This document shows, piece by piece, positions 63,357 to 64,000 of a stretch of DNA of 64,000 bases. The position numbers and the translations under genes were made by a program. The notes below the pieces were generated by a model. That model was not told where the DNA came from and made no database searches. It saw nothing but the letters and a program-made list of their open reading frames with translations. Origin of the DNA: Selaginella moellendorffii (Eukaryota > Plantae > Lycopodiophyta); the NCBI RefSeq assembly GCF_000143415.4, contig NW_003314268.1, forward strand, positions 2,682,494 through 2,746,493, read 5' to 3'. Within the stretch, counting starts at the first letter, position 1. Each line of letters starts with the position of its first letter.

Positions 63357-64000
63357 CTATGTATGATCTGGGATGTTGTGATCCTCCGCTTGCAAAACTC
63401 CCTTGAGGCTGCGCGTAAGCCAGATGGCCGTCTCGCGCGGAGAGACCTTGTCGCTGCCAAACGGCCTCAGCACGATGGCCAGCTCGTCCAGCCGGTGCTG
63501 CGACAGCAGCTGCGCGCACAGCTCCAGCAGCCCCTCCAGCGCCTCCGCCCTCTGCCGGAACGATTTCACGTCGATCCCTTTGCTGCTCGATCGGTTCTCC
63601 TCGCTTGCTTGCTGCTGTGACACTAACACCTCCGGCGTTGGCGGGCATGGATGGCTGCTGCTCACCGTCGTACCCGACGAAGAGACCGAGAGGACGTCCT
63701 TGTCCGAGCTCTGGAGCTCGATCACCGAGCATCCAATGTCAACTTTGCCTGGCAGCTCCAACTCGCTGCTGTCGAGCGGATGATCCGACTGCTGCTGCTG
63801 CTGTTGCTCTCCCGATCCGATCCGAAACGTGCTGTGGCGGATGACGTGAATCACGTCGTTGTAAGCTGGCCGGACCTGGACCGGGGACTTGTCGTAGACC
63901 TGTATGGTGCCTTTCTCCTGGGACCTGTTGTTGCTGCCGCCTTGCTCGCTCTCGCAGTCGTAGGACTTGTACGAGGAAGAGACCGTCTCCTTCTCCGTCG
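63357..64000 (-). CDS. NEK: NIMA-related kinase (plant NEK), last exon, 5' partial
   Basis: [19 protein letters not shown] and the plant NEK C-terminal motif [44 protein letters not shown]; frame stays open to the window edge. Confidence 0.88.
   Translation of the reverse strand, partial: TEKETVSSSYKSYDCESEQGGSNNRSQEKGTIQVYDKSPVQVRPAYNDVIHVIRHSTFRIGSGEQQQQQQSDHPLDSSELELPGKVDIGCSVIELQSSDKDVLSVSSSGTTVSSSHPCPPTPEVLVSQQQASEENRSSSKGIDVKSFRQRAEALEGLLELCAQLLSQHRLDELAIVLRPFGSDKVSPRETAIWLTRSLKGVLQAEDHNIPDHT

Overview
Eukaryotic plant DNA, most likely a Selaginella-type lycophyte (inferred from PLS-class PPR genes with short MPQRD/WN repeats, very short introns and compact gene spacing). About 62.6 kb of the window is a decaying array of roughly 6-7 copies of one cassette: PLS-E PPR pseudogene, dirigent pseudogene, Pro/His-rich single-pass membrane protein (PRP-TM), and, head-to-head with it across a shared 0.6-1 kb region, a secreted Trp/Cys-rich peptide (CRP-A) followed by two degenerate peptide paralogues. 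The central ~32 kb (13712-45772) is in the opposite orientation, with complementary junctions inside PRP-TM genes, and ends in a ~5.7 kb quasi-palindrome. The array holds structurally defined transposons: a short-LTR copia-type element (two copies, duplicated after insertion), Ty3/gypsy elements, two solo LTRs, a Helitron and a MULE remnant. The right end has an eIF5B pseudogene fragment and the last exon of a NIMA-related kinase. The best candidate for an undescribed system is the co-amplified pair of secreted peptide and orphan membrane protein, whose shared promoter carries a 23-bp-phased motif array. All alignments were made by eye; no database searches were run.
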